Below are positions 1-10,265 of a stretch of 64,000 nt of DNA, piece by piece. The notes under the pieces are model-generated. The model saw nothing but the letters and a program-made list of their open reading frames with translations, did not search any database and was not told the DNA's origin. Source of the DNA: a virus. Taxonomy: Duplodnaviria; Caudoviricetes. Location of the stretch: positions 42,866-106,865 of IMG/VR virus record IMGVR_UViG_3300025358_000002. One strand, given 5' to 3'. Each line of letters opens with the position of its first letter. Position 1 is the stretch's first letter. The position numbers and the translations under genes were made by a program.

Positions 1-81
1 ATCCAAGTTAGCCTGAGCCTTAACACTCAGACTGGTACCGTAGTTGCTCAGAATGCTCAGAGCAACTTTGTAGTCTACTAG
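1..81 (+). CDS. 3' end of upstream gene, probably tail sheath (partial)
   Basis: Frame 1 reads IQVSLSLNTQTGTVVAQNAQSNFVVY*; lies directly before the tail tube gene; identity from position only. Confidence 0.55.
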   Translation: MQVSLSLNTQTGTVVAQNAQSNFVVY

Positions 82-89
82 GAGAATAT

Positions 90-563
90 ATGGCAAAGTC
101 CACATTCCGCGTAGGTGGAGGATACACCGCGTTCGTATACAACGGTCAGCCGTTGATTTACGCTCAGGTAATCAACGAGCGCGCTCCTTCACCCGTCGCA
201 TCACCAACACCGGTTCAGCCACTTGACTCGCCATATCCTATCGAAATCGCGTTGCCCATTGCTCTTACCGCTGGATCAATTGAGCTTACGTTCCTAGAAC
301 AATGGAATGCAGAAGTCTGGGCACAGCTCGGCAGCAACTTCACCACAGCTTCTGACCTCCTTGACGTGTTCAAGGCCCAGCTGGCACAAGGTGAAGTGAC
401 ATGCGTAAAGATCATCAATAAGCCAGACGGTACACAACGCAAGATTGTTTACCAGGGGTGCGTCGTTACAAACGTCCAGATTGATGAAATGATATCTATT
501 GGTGTAATGACAATTCCTAAGATTGTTACAATCTCGTATCGCTCAAGAAAAGAACTCTTCTAA
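90..563 (+). CDS. tail tube protein
   Basis: 157 aa, AGGAG RBS; tube-like pattern (GSIELTFLE...YQGCVVTNVQIDE...ISY); sits between sheath and chaperone. Confidence 0.7.
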   Translation: MAKSTFRVGGGYTAFVYNGQPLIYAQVINERAPSPVASPTPVQPLDSPYPIEIALPIALTAGSIELTFLEQWNAEVWAQLGSNFTTASDLLDVFKAQLAQGEVTCVKIINKPDGTQRKIVYQGCVVTNVQIDEMISIGVMTIPKIVTISYRSRKELF

Positions 564-580
564 GAAAGGTAACTTAAACA

Positions 581-1582
581 ATGTCTGCTCGTTCTTTTGT
601 TATTCAACTCCAGCCAGGTCAAGGCCAGGCTCTCCTTCCTGATCACCGCAAGATGATCCCTGGTGTACAGTACGTCGTTGACGCTGACACCTTCAACCGG
701 ATCTCTCTTAGCGCACGTCAGAACGTAATCCAAGTTGTAACAGTCAACATGGATGCTACTAACACTGGTGCTACCAGCGTTAGCGGTACCTATGTTCCCG
801 CCCAAGCTTCTTCAGGTATCAACCGTCAGGTGTTCGGTGCTGGTCAATCAGCGCTTAACATCCTTGGTACCGTAAGCCCTAACGCATCAACATTCAGCCT
901 TGCTGGATTTGCTGCACAGGGTTGGAGCGCCGGTGGTGAGACTGGTTCCAACACTGGTATTAGCACTCCTCAGTCAACTTTGAGCGGTAATGCTGTCAAT
1001 GTTGCTTTGACAAGCCCAGACGGTGCTCGCTACGTACTCGGTTACAACGGCACCGCATCAACCATCTCTGGTGGTTGGGCTACCGTATGGTATGACTACA
1101 ACAACCGCTACATCTCAACTGCTTCTGGTGTTTCTTTGCTCGTTAAGCAGGACAGCCTCGGCACGCCTTACGCTGTCAGCGTCAACACGACTTTGTCAGG
1201 TGTAAACGGTAACGTTGTTACTGTCGGCACAAAGCAGGGTGAGTTCGCAGGTATTGCTCTCACGAACATTCCTGCCGGTAACTTCGGTTTCATTCAGATC
1301 GAGGGTACCTGCCCAAGCGCAGTTGTGGCTTCCGGTACTGCTGTAGGTGCTACCGTAGCTGTTAGCGGCACAAGCAACAACGGTGTTCTTGCCGTTCCTG
1401 CAACCACCACTACATCTGTCAGCACTGCTGGTGTTGTAACTGGTTCAGCCCTTGCTAACAACACTGTTGGTACAGTTCTTACTGCTCCTGCATCAGGCAC
1501 CAATGGTCAGTTCTACTCGGTCATTGAGATCCGCAGCCGCCGCTCCAAGAAGCCCTACAACCGCTTCCTGAACAAGAACTAA
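581..1582 (+). CDS. virion structural/decoration protein, Ser/Thr/Gly-rich
   Basis: 333 aa, AGAAAGG RBS; FAGIALTNIPAGNFGFIQIEG resembles cement/decoration beta domains; 9 SG dipeptides. Confidence 0.55.
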   Translation: MSARSFVIQLQPGQGQALLPDHRKMIPGVQYVVDADTFNRISLSARQNVIQVVTVNMDATNTGATSVSGTYVPAQASSGINRQVFGAGQSALNILGTVSPNASTFSLAGFAAQGWSAGGETGSNTGISTPQSTLSGNAVNVALTSPDGARYVLGYNGTASTISGGWATVWYDYNNRYISTASGVSLLVKQDSLGTPYAVSVNTTLSGVNGNVVTVGTKQGEFAGIALTNIPAGNFGFIQIEGTCPSAVVASGTAVGATVAVSGTSNNGVLAVPATTTTSVSTAGVVTGSALANNTVGTVLTAPASGTNGQFYSVIEIRSRRSKKPYNRFLNKN

Positions 1583-1624
1583 CAAATAGTTGGTAGGCCG
1601 AAAGGCCCTAGACCCAAAGGTAAC

Positions 1625-2149
1625 ATGACAACAAAGAAGAACAACGGATGGGGGATTGAAGACCTCTCCCAGACCGGTGATGCAAACATTGATTCATTCC
1701 CAAACGAGTGGAAAGATGAGTTTGAAGGGTTGCTGTTTCTCGGCAAGCTTGAAACTGAAGTCACAAGTATTCCTTATCACAAATTTGTGGTAAGAACCCT
1801 TACAGTTAATGAAAAGCTAGAGGTTAGCCTACTAGCAAAGCCATTCATCGAAACGATCGGTTACGGTCGTGCTTACAGAGCCTCTGTAGTTGCAGCAGGC
1901 CTTGTAAGCGTGGATGGTAGAGACATGGTCCCATTGAGTAAGGGGATCAATGTCATTAGACAAAAGTATGAGTATATCGTTAACAACTGGTACGACACAG
2001 TTGTCGACATCTTGTATCAGGAAATCGACAAGCTCGAGACCAAGGTTATCCTTATCCTCCAAGAGTTGGGCATCATTGATGCCCTTATCCCCCTTGACGT
2101 CTTTGAAAAGACAGAAGAGGAAAAGGATACCCCAAAAGGTGGAGAGTAG
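1625..2149 (+). CDS. tail assembly chaperone (G-like)
   Basis: Position before tape measure; slippery heptamer C CCA AAA near 3' end. Confidence 0.8.
   Translation: MTTKKNNGWGIEDLSQTGDANIDSFPNEWKDEFEGLLFLGKLETEVTSIPYHKFVVRTLTVNEKLEVSLLAKPFIETIGYGRAYRASVVAAGLVSVDGRDMVPLSKGINVIRQKYEYIVNNWYDTVVDILYQEIDKLETKVILILQELGIIDALIPLDVFEKTEEEKDTPKGGE
2131..2137 (+). promoter_or_regulatory. programmed -1 ribosomal frameshift site (C CCA AAA)
   Basis: X XXY YYZ heptamer in correct phase; the -1 frame is open from 2131 into ORF 2197-2553. Confidence 0.8.
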
Positions 2150-2553
2150 ATCCGTACATCATTGAGGAAAGCGAATTAGCTTATCAACAAGGTGTATTGA
2201 ACAAGCCCAACCTTAACATGGTTCAGCAAGCAATGCTTTCTGTCGTTAGAATCCGTAAGAACGAAGAAGAATACGATCTGGAAGTTGCTAAGTTTGAGCA
2301 GAATATGTTCATCAACAATCCTGAGCTTTACAAAAAGTACATGGAAAAGAAGGAACAAGACGCTATCAGTGGCAACACTGACATTCAGTGGCTTGCTCCT
2401 GAGAGTGTTGAAGAAGCTGCTGAGTTGGTAAACCTGTTTAGCGATATCGATAAACAGCTCAAAGAGATGGAAGACAACCCAGATTCACCGTCAGCAAGTT
2501 TCCTAGATTTGTTTGGCGGTATCAACGTGGACGAGATTGGAGGTGATGAGTAA
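2131..2553 (+). CDS. tail assembly chaperone, -1 frameshift extension (GT-like)
   Basis: -1 frame reads PKRWRVDPYIIEESELAYQQGVLNKPNL..., continuous with ORF 2197-2553, which has only a TTG start. Confidence 0.75.
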   Translation, partial: PKRWRVDPYIIEESELAYQQGVLNKPNLNMVQQAMLSVVRIRKNEEEYDLEVAKFEQNMFINNPELYKKYMEKKEQDAISGNTDIQWLAPESVEEAAELVNLFSDIDKQLKEMEDNPDSPSASFLDLFGGINVDEIGGDE

Positions 2554-4817
2554 TGCCAGATCCGATACAATTACAATTTGAATTCCCTGACGATGCTGGT
2601 CCGTTATCCGAACGATTTAATACCCTCGGCACAATTTCTAGTCAGATGCGTGACGACTGGCAAACCATTTCCGATTCAATGCAGAGTACTCTTGATAAGG
2701 CCGTAGATATGCGGTCTAAGATTGTAGAGCCTCTTAACGAAATGCTTACTGGCATGAAGAGTGTCGTTGATCTTGTTTCTCAAGGCATTAAAGATAATGC
2801 TACAGGTGCCAAGGAAGTTCTGGCCACCATCAACACTATCCTTCAGAGCTCAAACAGCATTAACGCTGTTATGAATAGAACAGGACAAAACGGTCCTGGA
2901 GCTGCCAGCCAAGGTTTCTCTAATCCTCTTGCCAATCCTATGGCATGGGGAGCGTACGCCAACCAGATGCACAACTATAGCTCCGACCCTTTCTGGAGTG
3001 CAAGCAGTCGAGAGTCGCAGTTTGCTGACCCTAACCACCCAGACTTCTTTGAAAGTAGGGCACGCATTGTTCCTACCGAAGAAGAGTTGGGTGGAACTGC
3101 TGCAGCTACCAGCAGGAAAAGATCAAGTGTTCCTGTAGAAGAACCATACGAAGAAGATCAAATCCCACATGCCAGTGGAAGATTGGCTGATGAAGCTCAA
3201 TATGACACTGCAAGAGCTTCATACAGACCTCAATCCGCCATTCCTCTTAATATTTCTGAATTGTATCCTAATTTAGCTAATGCTGGTTATTTTGACAATC
3301 TAAATAACTACAACTATCAGCACGCTCCAAGCATGGCAATTTCTGGTTTAACGCAAACCATGCAAGACAGTGCAATCGGTCAGCTCCTTGGCATGATCCC
3401 AGGTGCGAACACTATCATTCCTGGTATGTCCAACATTGCTCAATCTTATGCAAAATGGGCAAGTGCTGGGCAACAATATCAAGCACCTGCACCTGGTGAA
3501 GAAGTTGGCCCAGCACCGGCTGGCAATTTCTATACACAAGCTCAACAAGCATTGATGTCTAAGCTTGATTCACTGGTTGGTTCTTTAGACCGTTTTACTC
3601 AATCCAGCACTGCGGTAAATGCAGCAGGAATTATGAGCACAAGCATGGTTGCTTACAATCAGTTTAAAGTAGCAAACAATGCTATCCGCTCAGATATTTC
3701 TTACCCGATGCAAGCGTTGGGCGACATTACTGGTACGGTAAGCCCCACACAGTTTGCTTCATACAAAGCTCAAGCACTTGGTTACAACATACCTGAAAAA
3801 GCTTTGTACAGTACTACTGACGCTTACACAGCAATGCTGGCTGCCCAGCAGCTTGGTTACCGAGGGCCTGGTGAGGTCACTAATTACGAGAACTTAGACT
3901 ATCAACTTCAGACAGGGTATGGTCTTAGTCACGGTGAAACCCAGCAGCTTATGAGTTCTGCGCTTGCCTATGGTCTTGACCTTAATCAATACACCACTGG
4001 TTACGAGCAAGCAAGAAAACTGGGCGCAAGCACCGACACAAACATGGCTTATGTAAGCCAGAACTATCAGCTTGGTGCTGGTACAGCGGCAAGCCTTGGC
4101 TTCCGTGGTAGTGCTGCCACAGCGTTTGGTAATGCTGCCGTAGGATTTGGTGCTGGCAATTTTGTTGCTCAAGCTGCCGGTATGACCGGTCAGGAACTTA
4201 TGGGTACTCCGCTGGGTATTGCTTTGTTCGCGCAACAAGCTGGCACTTCATTCATGGACTCATACTCAGCAGCTCAGAACATGGGGGCAGCACAAGCAAC
4301 CAAACTGCAGTCTCAGGCCATGATGCAGTTATTGCAACAGATTGGTATTCCGGTCAACACAATTAGCAAGCCTTCCGACCTTAACCCTTATGCAATTAAA
4401 CTAAGTTTAATTCTCCCTCAGCTTGGTGTTACTGATGTTACAACACCACAACAGGCAGTTGTTTGGGCGTACAGTATAATTGCACAGGCTAGAAACCTAC
4501 CCAATACAACCTCTATGCTTAGTAGTTATACTCAACCAACGACAGCATCGGGTACGGCCACGCAAGGTGTTCCATCAACATCAACATTCCTTAACAGCTT
4601 AACCACTGACACTAGTGCATTGGGAATAGCTGCAATGAATAACGGATTGAACGTAGCCGGAACTTCATCGTCGACATCGGCCACCACATCTAATGGAGTC
4701 ACCGTACAAGTGGCGTTGGCACCAGGATTACAGAACATCCTTACTGCTGCAGTTCAAAGCGCAAACGCTAGCGTGACAAGCCCATCAGCAAGAGTTAATC
4801 AGACCACTACTTCATAA
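2553..4817 (+). CDS. tape measure protein
   Basis: 754 aa, Ala/Gly/Gln-rich helical composition, follows frameshifted chaperone. Confidence 0.75.
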   Translation: MPDPIQLQFEFPDDAGPLSERFNTLGTISSQMRDDWQTISDSMQSTLDKAVDMRSKIVEPLNEMLTGMKSVVDLVSQGIKDNATGAKEVLATINTILQSSNSINAVMNRTGQNGPGAASQGFSNPLANPMAWGAYANQMHNYSSDPFWSASSRESQFADPNHPDFFESRARIVPTEEELGGTAAATSRKRSSVPVEEPYEEDQIPHASGRLADEAQYDTARASYRPQSAIPLNISELYPNLANAGYFDNLNNYNYQHAPSMAISGLTQTMQDSAIGQLLGMIPGANTIIPGMSNIAQSYAKWASAGQQYQAPAPGEEVGPAPAGNFYTQAQQALMSKLDSLVGSLDRFTQSSTAVNAAGIMSTSMVAYNQFKVANNAIRSDISYPMQALGDITGTVSPTQFASYKAQALGYNIPEKALYSTTDAYTAMLAAQQLGYRGPGEVTNYENLDYQLQTGYGLSHGETQQLMSSALAYGLDLNQYTTGYEQARKLGASTDTNMAYVSQNYQLGAGTAASLGFRGSAATAFGNAAVGFGAGNFVAQAAGMTGQELMGTPLGIALFAQQAGTSFMDSYSAAQNMGAAQATKLQSQAMMQLLQQIGIPVNTISKPSDLNPYAIKLSLILPQLGVTDVTTPQQAVVWAYSIIAQARNLPNTTSMLSSYTQPTTASGTATQGVPSTSTFLNSLTTDTSALGIAAMNNGLNVAGTSSSTSATTSNGVTVQVALAPGLQNILTAAVQSANASVTSPSARVNQTTTS

Positions 4818-5383
4818 TGACAATTATTAATCCGCCTAACATGCTTGTTGATGACAAGCCAAGTAATGCTACGGCAACGCTTGTTGACAACACTACCGGC
4901 ATTACATACAGTTTCCCATACAACGTCAACTCAGTTAACTGGACCTACCAGATGAACACAACCAGCATGAGCACCATTGGTGGTCGTGTGACACAACTTC
5001 TTTCTGCTCGAGCCAACACGGTTGTAATCCAGGGAGAAGCTGGCAGTAGAGAAAAATTGCTCACACTCTACGGCAATTTTAAAACCATGCAAGACAACCA
5101 GAACATTTATAAAACAAGTGCGACGCTTAACATCCCACGACAGGGCGGCCAATCTTCTTTCTTCAACACCCATGTTTGGCTTGAGCAAATGCAAATTGGT
5201 TGGAGTGTTGACACTGTTGTTTACCCATACAGCATGGCATTTGAGATCGACAACGATCTCAGTGGAAATTCAGCGTTATCAACAGCAATTGTAAACGATG
5301 CGTTGAACAGAATTACAAGTGGTATTGGATACAATTCCAACTACCTTGGTTTCACTTCCCAAAGCGTAAACATTAGCTTATAG
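4817..5383 (+). CDS. minor tail / tail tube initiator-like protein
   Basis: 188 aa, coupled (TAATG) to tape measure; positional call. Confidence 0.5.
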   Translation: MTIINPPNMLVDDKPSNATATLVDNTTGITYSFPYNVNSVNWTYQMNTTSMSTIGGRVTQLLSARANTVVIQGEAGSREKLLTLYGNFKTMQDNQNIYKTSATLNIPRQGGQSSFFNTHVWLEQMQIGWSVDTVVYPYSMAFEIDNDLSGNSALSTAIVNDALNRITSGIGYNSNYLGFTSQSVNISL

Positions 5384-5394
5384 ATAGGAGAATT

Positions 5395-5562
5395 ATGGCA
5401 CAAGATTACACATACTCAAACTGCAAGATCTCCTCGCCTATCTTGCAGCCCGACAAGCAAACAGTTCAATTTAACGGTCTAGCTTGGAGCGTAAACGGGA
5501 TGATTCATCAGGTTTCTAGTAACGATCAAAGTTGGCAAACATGGCTGGGAATGCAACAGTAA
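5395..5562 (+). CDS. small hypothetical protein (55 aa, not in ORF track)
   Basis: AGGAG RBS, MAQDYTYSNCK...WLGMQQ*, fills the gap between tail genes. Confidence 0.6.
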   Translation: MAQDYTYSNCKISSPILQPDKQTVQFNGLAWSVNGMIHQVSSNDQSWQTWLGMQQ

Positions 5563-6206
5563 CACTCTTTGATGGTAACAGATCCATCACGTTTGAAGTA
5601 TGGCTTCAGAGTTTCTCTACTGCCACTACCAATGAATTTGCTTCTACGCAAGTACGCTCAGGCGTTTGCTGGATGCCAATTCGTCGTGCAGAAATGTCCG
5701 TCTCATTCTCTATTGTGTGGCCACTTGTCAGTTTTAGAAAAAGCAAGGACTTGGGATTTGAAAATTTCGATCCTAAAGACGGATTTGGGAAGATGCAGTA
5801 CTTCCAGGATGTTATCCGCAAGCATCAGTTAGCACTTGTAAACGGCGGGACCAACACACCCATGGTTCTGAATTACTACAACAACAGTGATCCCGGCTCG
5901 CCCATCTACAACACGCTGATTAGCAAAGACCCTCTACCTGCTTTGCAATACACAGGCTGGATTCAGAATGTAGAAAAGAACTATATTAGATTCCAGAGCG
6001 CTTATCAAACAAGTTACAACATGGTTGTTATAAACAAGAACCAATCAAATCCAGCACTACCGTCATTCCAGAATTCAACATCTAACACTGTATTGTCCAG
6101 AACATATGCACCCACTGCTGCTACTCAGAACTTGTACGGTAAGAATTGGATCAACGTGAATACAGTGGCAAGTGGCACTAGCTTAATTCAAGGACTTCCC
6201 AAATAA
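5541..6206 (+). CDS. minor tail/baseplate protein
   Basis: ORF 5532-6206, ATG at 5541 preferred over TTG; positional call. Confidence 0.5.
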   Translation: MAGNATVTLFDGNRSITFEVWLQSFSTATTNEFASTQVRSGVCWMPIRRAEMSVSFSIVWPLVSFRKSKDLGFENFDPKDGFGKMQYFQDVIRKHQLALVNGGTNTPMVLNYYNNSDPGSPIYNTLISKDPLPALQYTGWIQNVEKNYIRFQSAYQTSYNMVVINKNQSNPALPSFQNSTSNTVLSRTYAPTAATQNLYGKNWINVNTVASGTSLIQGLPK

Positions 6207-8983
6207 TGAGTTGGAATAAATCAGGTACATTCACGTACACACCAGATATTAGCTGCTCTATCAGCACGATCAACAACGGTGTTATTGACGTATCTGCTGA
6301 TATCACAAACTTCCAGGTCACAAGAAACATGAATGCCACAAGCTCATTCACAATGACGCTTGCCAACCCTAGACGTAAGTACAACCGCGTAATCAATACG
6401 ATGGACAAAATTACGGTGTTTCTTAAAAGAACAAATTTTGTTCAAGTTTTTACGGGGTATGTGACGCTGGCACCGATCGAGACGTTGGTGCCAACACCGG
6501 TAACAGTAAACGCTTACTGTACGTTGAGAAATTTGCAGCAGACGTTCTGGGATGACACGCTTCTGCAGTTTCAATCTTTGTTGCTTAACTACATGGACAG
6601 CTCTGCATCCAGCAGCAACGCTACCTTGAATGATGGTGGTATTGCTCAGGTCATTGTCAACCTACTTACCAAGGTAGCTGGATGGGATCCAAGCAGAATC
6701 CACATCGCTCCAGTACCACAGAAGTTCCTTGATATCGCCGGTTCAATTGCAAAGAACCAAGACCTTTACAATTCTACGCTTAACCAAGCAGCGGTAGAAA
6801 ACATCGCAACCATTCTTGGTGTCAACAATATTACCAGTGGCAAAAGCGTATCCAAAGGCAAGTATACATACGGCAAAGTACAAACCATTAACGACACGTC
6901 TGCGCCGGACGGTGGTGTAGGTACAGCGTTCTCAATCTCTCGTTTTGTTGCCCTAAAGACTGCTGGTCTTAACGGAGGTAAAAAGTACTTCCCAGGTAAG
7001 AACAGTTTGAATGCAGTCGACTATAGCTCTATAAAAGACGACACTTACTACTGCTCTCTACCGTTCAGTTACATAACCAACACAAGCGTTAGCGGTGTAA
7101 ACGCAGCAAAGCAATGGGTTTCTTATAACCCATATAACCCTAATGGTATGGACTACAACGGACGTTTGCTTATTGCTTCCAACGATAAGACCAACCAGGT
7201 AGTTGTACTGAGAGCCACAAGTGTCACGCAGAAAACAGATGCAAACAGCAACCTTATTTATCAGAACGGTTCAACTGTTGCTGATCCCAATGTTAACTAC
7301 GGCCAGGTACACCCTGGCGTTGTAGCTTATCTTAATGGTGCTGTAAGCGATCCAACACTATGGACCGAGAAAATTCCTGTCGATTTCTCATACGTAAAGG
7401 TTGCATGGGCTGACGAATCACAGGTTTCTGTTCCAGGGCCACAGCCAACAATTGCCCAGTCGTCCTCCAACAACATCGATTCATATCTTGGCATCAACAC
7501 TCAATCCGCCACCACGTCTACTGTTCTTACCAGCGCAGCGAAAGCATTGCTTACATACTTAGACCAACAGATTGGTGCTATGTACAGCCAGGCTACAAGC
7601 GGGCCTGAGTACAGAGAAACCCCCAACAACCCATACACTCACTCCGGTGGTTGGTTCGACTGTTCTGGACTTGTGCAATGGGCATACAGACAAATTGGCA
7701 TTAACATCGGCGCCAACACTTTTGCACAGTGGGGTGCTGGTAATAACTCGGATGCCAATGAGAACGGTTTGTTTATCCCTAAAAGTCAGATGCCACAAGT
7801 TGGAGACTTGCTTTTCTGGGATGTGCCAGGGGACTATAAGCCAGGAGTAAACGGTCCACAACCTGCACACGTTATGTGCTTAACGCAGGATTTTGATCCT
7901 AAAACTGGTGTAGGCCAAGTAATCTCAGCTTCAGATTATGGTAGGCCAGTAGCTTATGGCTCAATTGTTTGGAGTCAGATCAAGAATGGCGGTGCTCCTC
8001 CCGGCTGGGGCATGTCATACATGGGTGCACGTAGACCACTATCCAAGATCTCTGGTATTGCAGGTTCGATAACACGACCCATCTCTGTGCCCAGTACTTC
8101 TGCATACTCCAACTACACAGGATCAGGTGCTTCAAACTTTGCCACATCCAGCGGTTCAACGTCTGACAACGCCACCATTCTTACGGACATTCAAGGATGG
8201 AACACCACGTGGATTGCACCCAACTATAACATCACCGCAACCACACTTCAGGGAACGCCCCAAGCATTTTCGCTTGACAATCCGTTGCTACAGGACCTTG
8301 ACCAGGTAATTTCTGCTGGTCTTAGATCGTATATGAGCGCGCCAAACGGCGACTTCATTGCTTGGTTCCCTGATTACTACGGTGTTTACGGTCAAGACCC
8401 TGCACTTGAAATCTCTGATATTGAAATTATTGACTTCCAGATCTATCACAATGATGACGCATTAGCAACTCACATTGCCGTGATCGGTGACACTACTGGT
8501 ATTGGTAGCTCTATCAACATGGTCGACTTCATGACCACTCAGGGCATTGTGAGTATTCAAGACGCCACCACTATGCAATTGTTGTTCGGCACGCTCAAGA
8601 ACAATGCATCTACCGACGAACAAAATGCTCAGATTGCCATCAAGTTCTTGAATAGATATGGCGTTAGACCACAAGTCTCCCAGCAGAATATGCTGCACAG
8701 TCATGCATTAGAGTACTTCTTTGCTTTGCAAACGTTCATGGCTCAATGGGGAGCACAGTTCGTTAGCAACGTAACGTTCACTTTTATGCCTGAGCTGTAC
8801 CCAGGAATGAGAATCGTTATCAACTTGGACAACGAAAATGGTGGCCAGGATCAATACCAGTTCTATTGCACACAGGTTACACACAATGGTGACCGTGTGG
8901 CTGGATTTACTACGCAAGCAACGCTGACTGCACCCATGAAGAACGGCGTAGTGATGCACTACGGTTTGGATTTTGTGTCATGA
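6206..8983 (+). CDS. baseplate hub protein with inserted NlpC/P60 peptidoglycan endopeptidase domain
   Basis: Hub-like N- and C-termini (FMPELYPGMRI); FDCSGLVQWAY (catalytic Cys), GDLLFW, AHV (His). Confidence 0.8.
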   Translation: MSWNKSGTFTYTPDISCSISTINNGVIDVSADITNFQVTRNMNATSSFTMTLANPRRKYNRVINTMDKITVFLKRTNFVQVFTGYVTLAPIETLVPTPVTVNAYCTLRNLQQTFWDDTLLQFQSLLLNYMDSSASSSNATLNDGGIAQVIVNLLTKVAGWDPSRIHIAPVPQKFLDIAGSIAKNQDLYNSTLNQAAVENIATILGVNNITSGKSVSKGKYTYGKVQTINDTSAPDGGVGTAFSISRFVALKTAGLNGGKKYFPGKNSLNAVDYSSIKDDTYYCSLPFSYITNTSVSGVNAAKQWVSYNPYNPNGMDYNGRLLIASNDKTNQVVVLRATSVTQKTDANSNLIYQNGSTVADPNVNYGQVHPGVVAYLNGAVSDPTLWTEKIPVDFSYVKVAWADESQVSVPGPQPTIAQSSSNNIDSYLGINTQSATTSTVLTSAAKALLTYLDQQIGAMYSQATSGPEYRETPNNPYTHSGGWFDCSGLVQWAYRQIGINIGANTFAQWGAGNNSDANENGLFIPKSQMPQVGDLLFWDVPGDYKPGVNGPQPAHVMCLTQDFDPKTGVGQVISASDYGRPVAYGSIVWSQIKNGGAPPGWGMSYMGARRPLSKISGIAGSITRPISVPSTSAYSNYTGSGASNFATSSGSTSDNATILTDIQGWNTTWIAPNYNITATTLQGTPQAFSLDNPLLQDLDQVISAGLRSYMSAPNGDFIAWFPDYYGVYGQDPALEISDIEIIDFQIYHNDDALATHIAVIGDTTGIGSSINMVDFMTTQGIVSIQDATTMQLLFGTLKNNASTDEQNAQIAIKFLNRYGVRPQVSQQNMLHSHALEYFFALQTFMAQWGAQFVSNVTFTFMPELYPGMRIVINLDNENGGQDQYQFYCTQVTHNGDRVAGFTTQATLTAPMKNGVVMHYGLDFVS

Positions 8984-9765
8984 GTGTAATTAGCAAGAAG
9001 GTAGATACTAACGATGGTGTACGCAAGGTTGTTTTAACAACTTACCCTGAGCTGCACCCACTCAGCCAGGCCCCGAACGCTGCTCAAAACTACTACTGCT
9101 TGGCATTTGACATGAAGGGTTTTCAGTATCAGGTTGATCTGCAGGCTATGCCACCAGGAGTTACGATTGATCAGCTGGCTCCCAACCAGGTGTGGTGGGT
9201 GGAAAAGCGCACTTCTTTATATCGCTTGTATCTATACGCTGGCCTCCAAGATCCTTCAACATTACAGATTGACAGTACCGCTTCACTGCCAGCACTCCAA
9301 AACATAACTACGTACAGTGGCACATATGTAAACCCCATACTTACTTCTGCTTATGAAACCGTGGCGTTCAATCCAGGGGTTTCGCTAAGTGGTATTGTTA
9401 ACCCAGTAATTATGAACACCGCCAGCGGTTCATTCTATTACTACCCAACTGCACCTACTGGTCAGTACAGCATTGCAATAACTGGTATGCCTACCATGCA
9501 GGGTCAAAGCGCAACATTTGCTTTGCTCGTTGCCAATGGGCCTGCTGCTTATCTCCCTTCCTCTATAGTTATTAACGGAGTTCCAGCATCTTCGGGAGGG
9601 CTACCGGCCCAGGGATCTACATACAACAACATCACTACGTACTATCAGGGTGGTTATGTTTGGACATCTGCTGACCCGAACACGGTGGATTCATACACGT
9701 TTACCGTGATCTGCACATCATCTAAGCCCACCTATGCGGTCTTTGCGGGCCTGACTAAGTTCTAA
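8980..9765 (+). CDS. baseplate spike/minor tail protein
   Basis: 261 aa between hub and wedge genes; beta-rich C-terminal domain typical of phage tail proteins. Confidence 0.5.
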   Translation: MSVISKKVDTNDGVRKVVLTTYPELHPLSQAPNAAQNYYCLAFDMKGFQYQVDLQAMPPGVTIDQLAPNQVWWVEKRTSLYRLYLYAGLQDPSTLQIDSTASLPALQNITTYSGTYVNPILTSAYETVAFNPGVSLSGIVNPVIMNTASGSFYYYPTAPTGQYSIAITGMPTMQGQSATFALLVANGPAAYLPSSIVINGVPASSGGLPAQGSTYNNITTYYQGGYVWTSADPNTVDSYTFTVICTSSKPTYAVFAGLTKF

Positions 9766-9803
9766 CAGCAATGTACTATAACCCTTATTTTACATAAGAT
9801 ATT

Positions 9804-10265
9804 ATGAAGACGATCACAGTTAGCAACGGCGATATTCAATTAAACAGCGGAAAACTGCAGTTTTCCTATGGTTCAAATAAACTAGCACAAGACATTGCTT
9901 TGTGGCTTGAAGAACCTTTGGGGACGGGGTGGACTACACCTAATTTTGGTAGCCTTCTTCCTGGCATGATCGGTCAATCTCAGACTAGCGGAACACCCGC
10001 AAGCATTGAAACTGAGATAATTAGAGTGTTACAGTTGTACCAGGGCAATCAAATCTTGGCACTACAAAATGCGCAAAATTCTGCTCAACTATCGATCTGG
10101 AATAGAAACGAGATTATACAAAACATTGTTTCTGTCAACGCAACGGTCTCAAACAACAACGGGACACAGATTAATGCCACCATTGTCATTCAAACACTTG
10201 CTGGCAACCTTGTTAACTTAATCGCTTCTATCAATAACAACGGAGTCACGGTCCAAAATGGCTGA
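9804..10265 (+). CDS. baseplate wedge protein (gp25/W-like)
   Basis: KLAQDIALWLEEPLG...PNFGSLL pattern; precedes baseplate J. Confidence 0.75.
   Translation: MKTITVSNGDIQLNSGKLQFSYGSNKLAQDIALWLEEPLGTGWTTPNFGSLLPGMIGQSQTSGTPASIETEIIRVLQLYQGNQILALQNAQNSAQLSIWNRNEIIQNIVSVNATVSNNNGTQINATIVIQTLAGNLVNLIASINNNGVTVQNG

Noticed and set aside
1594-1610. GGCC-GAAA-GGCC hairpin as an intrinsic terminator
   Set aside because: Short stem and no U-tract; may be a stability element but cannot be supported
9766-9803. AT-rich spacer before the gp25-like gene as a late promoter
   Set aside because: No convincing shared motif with other spacers could be established by eye
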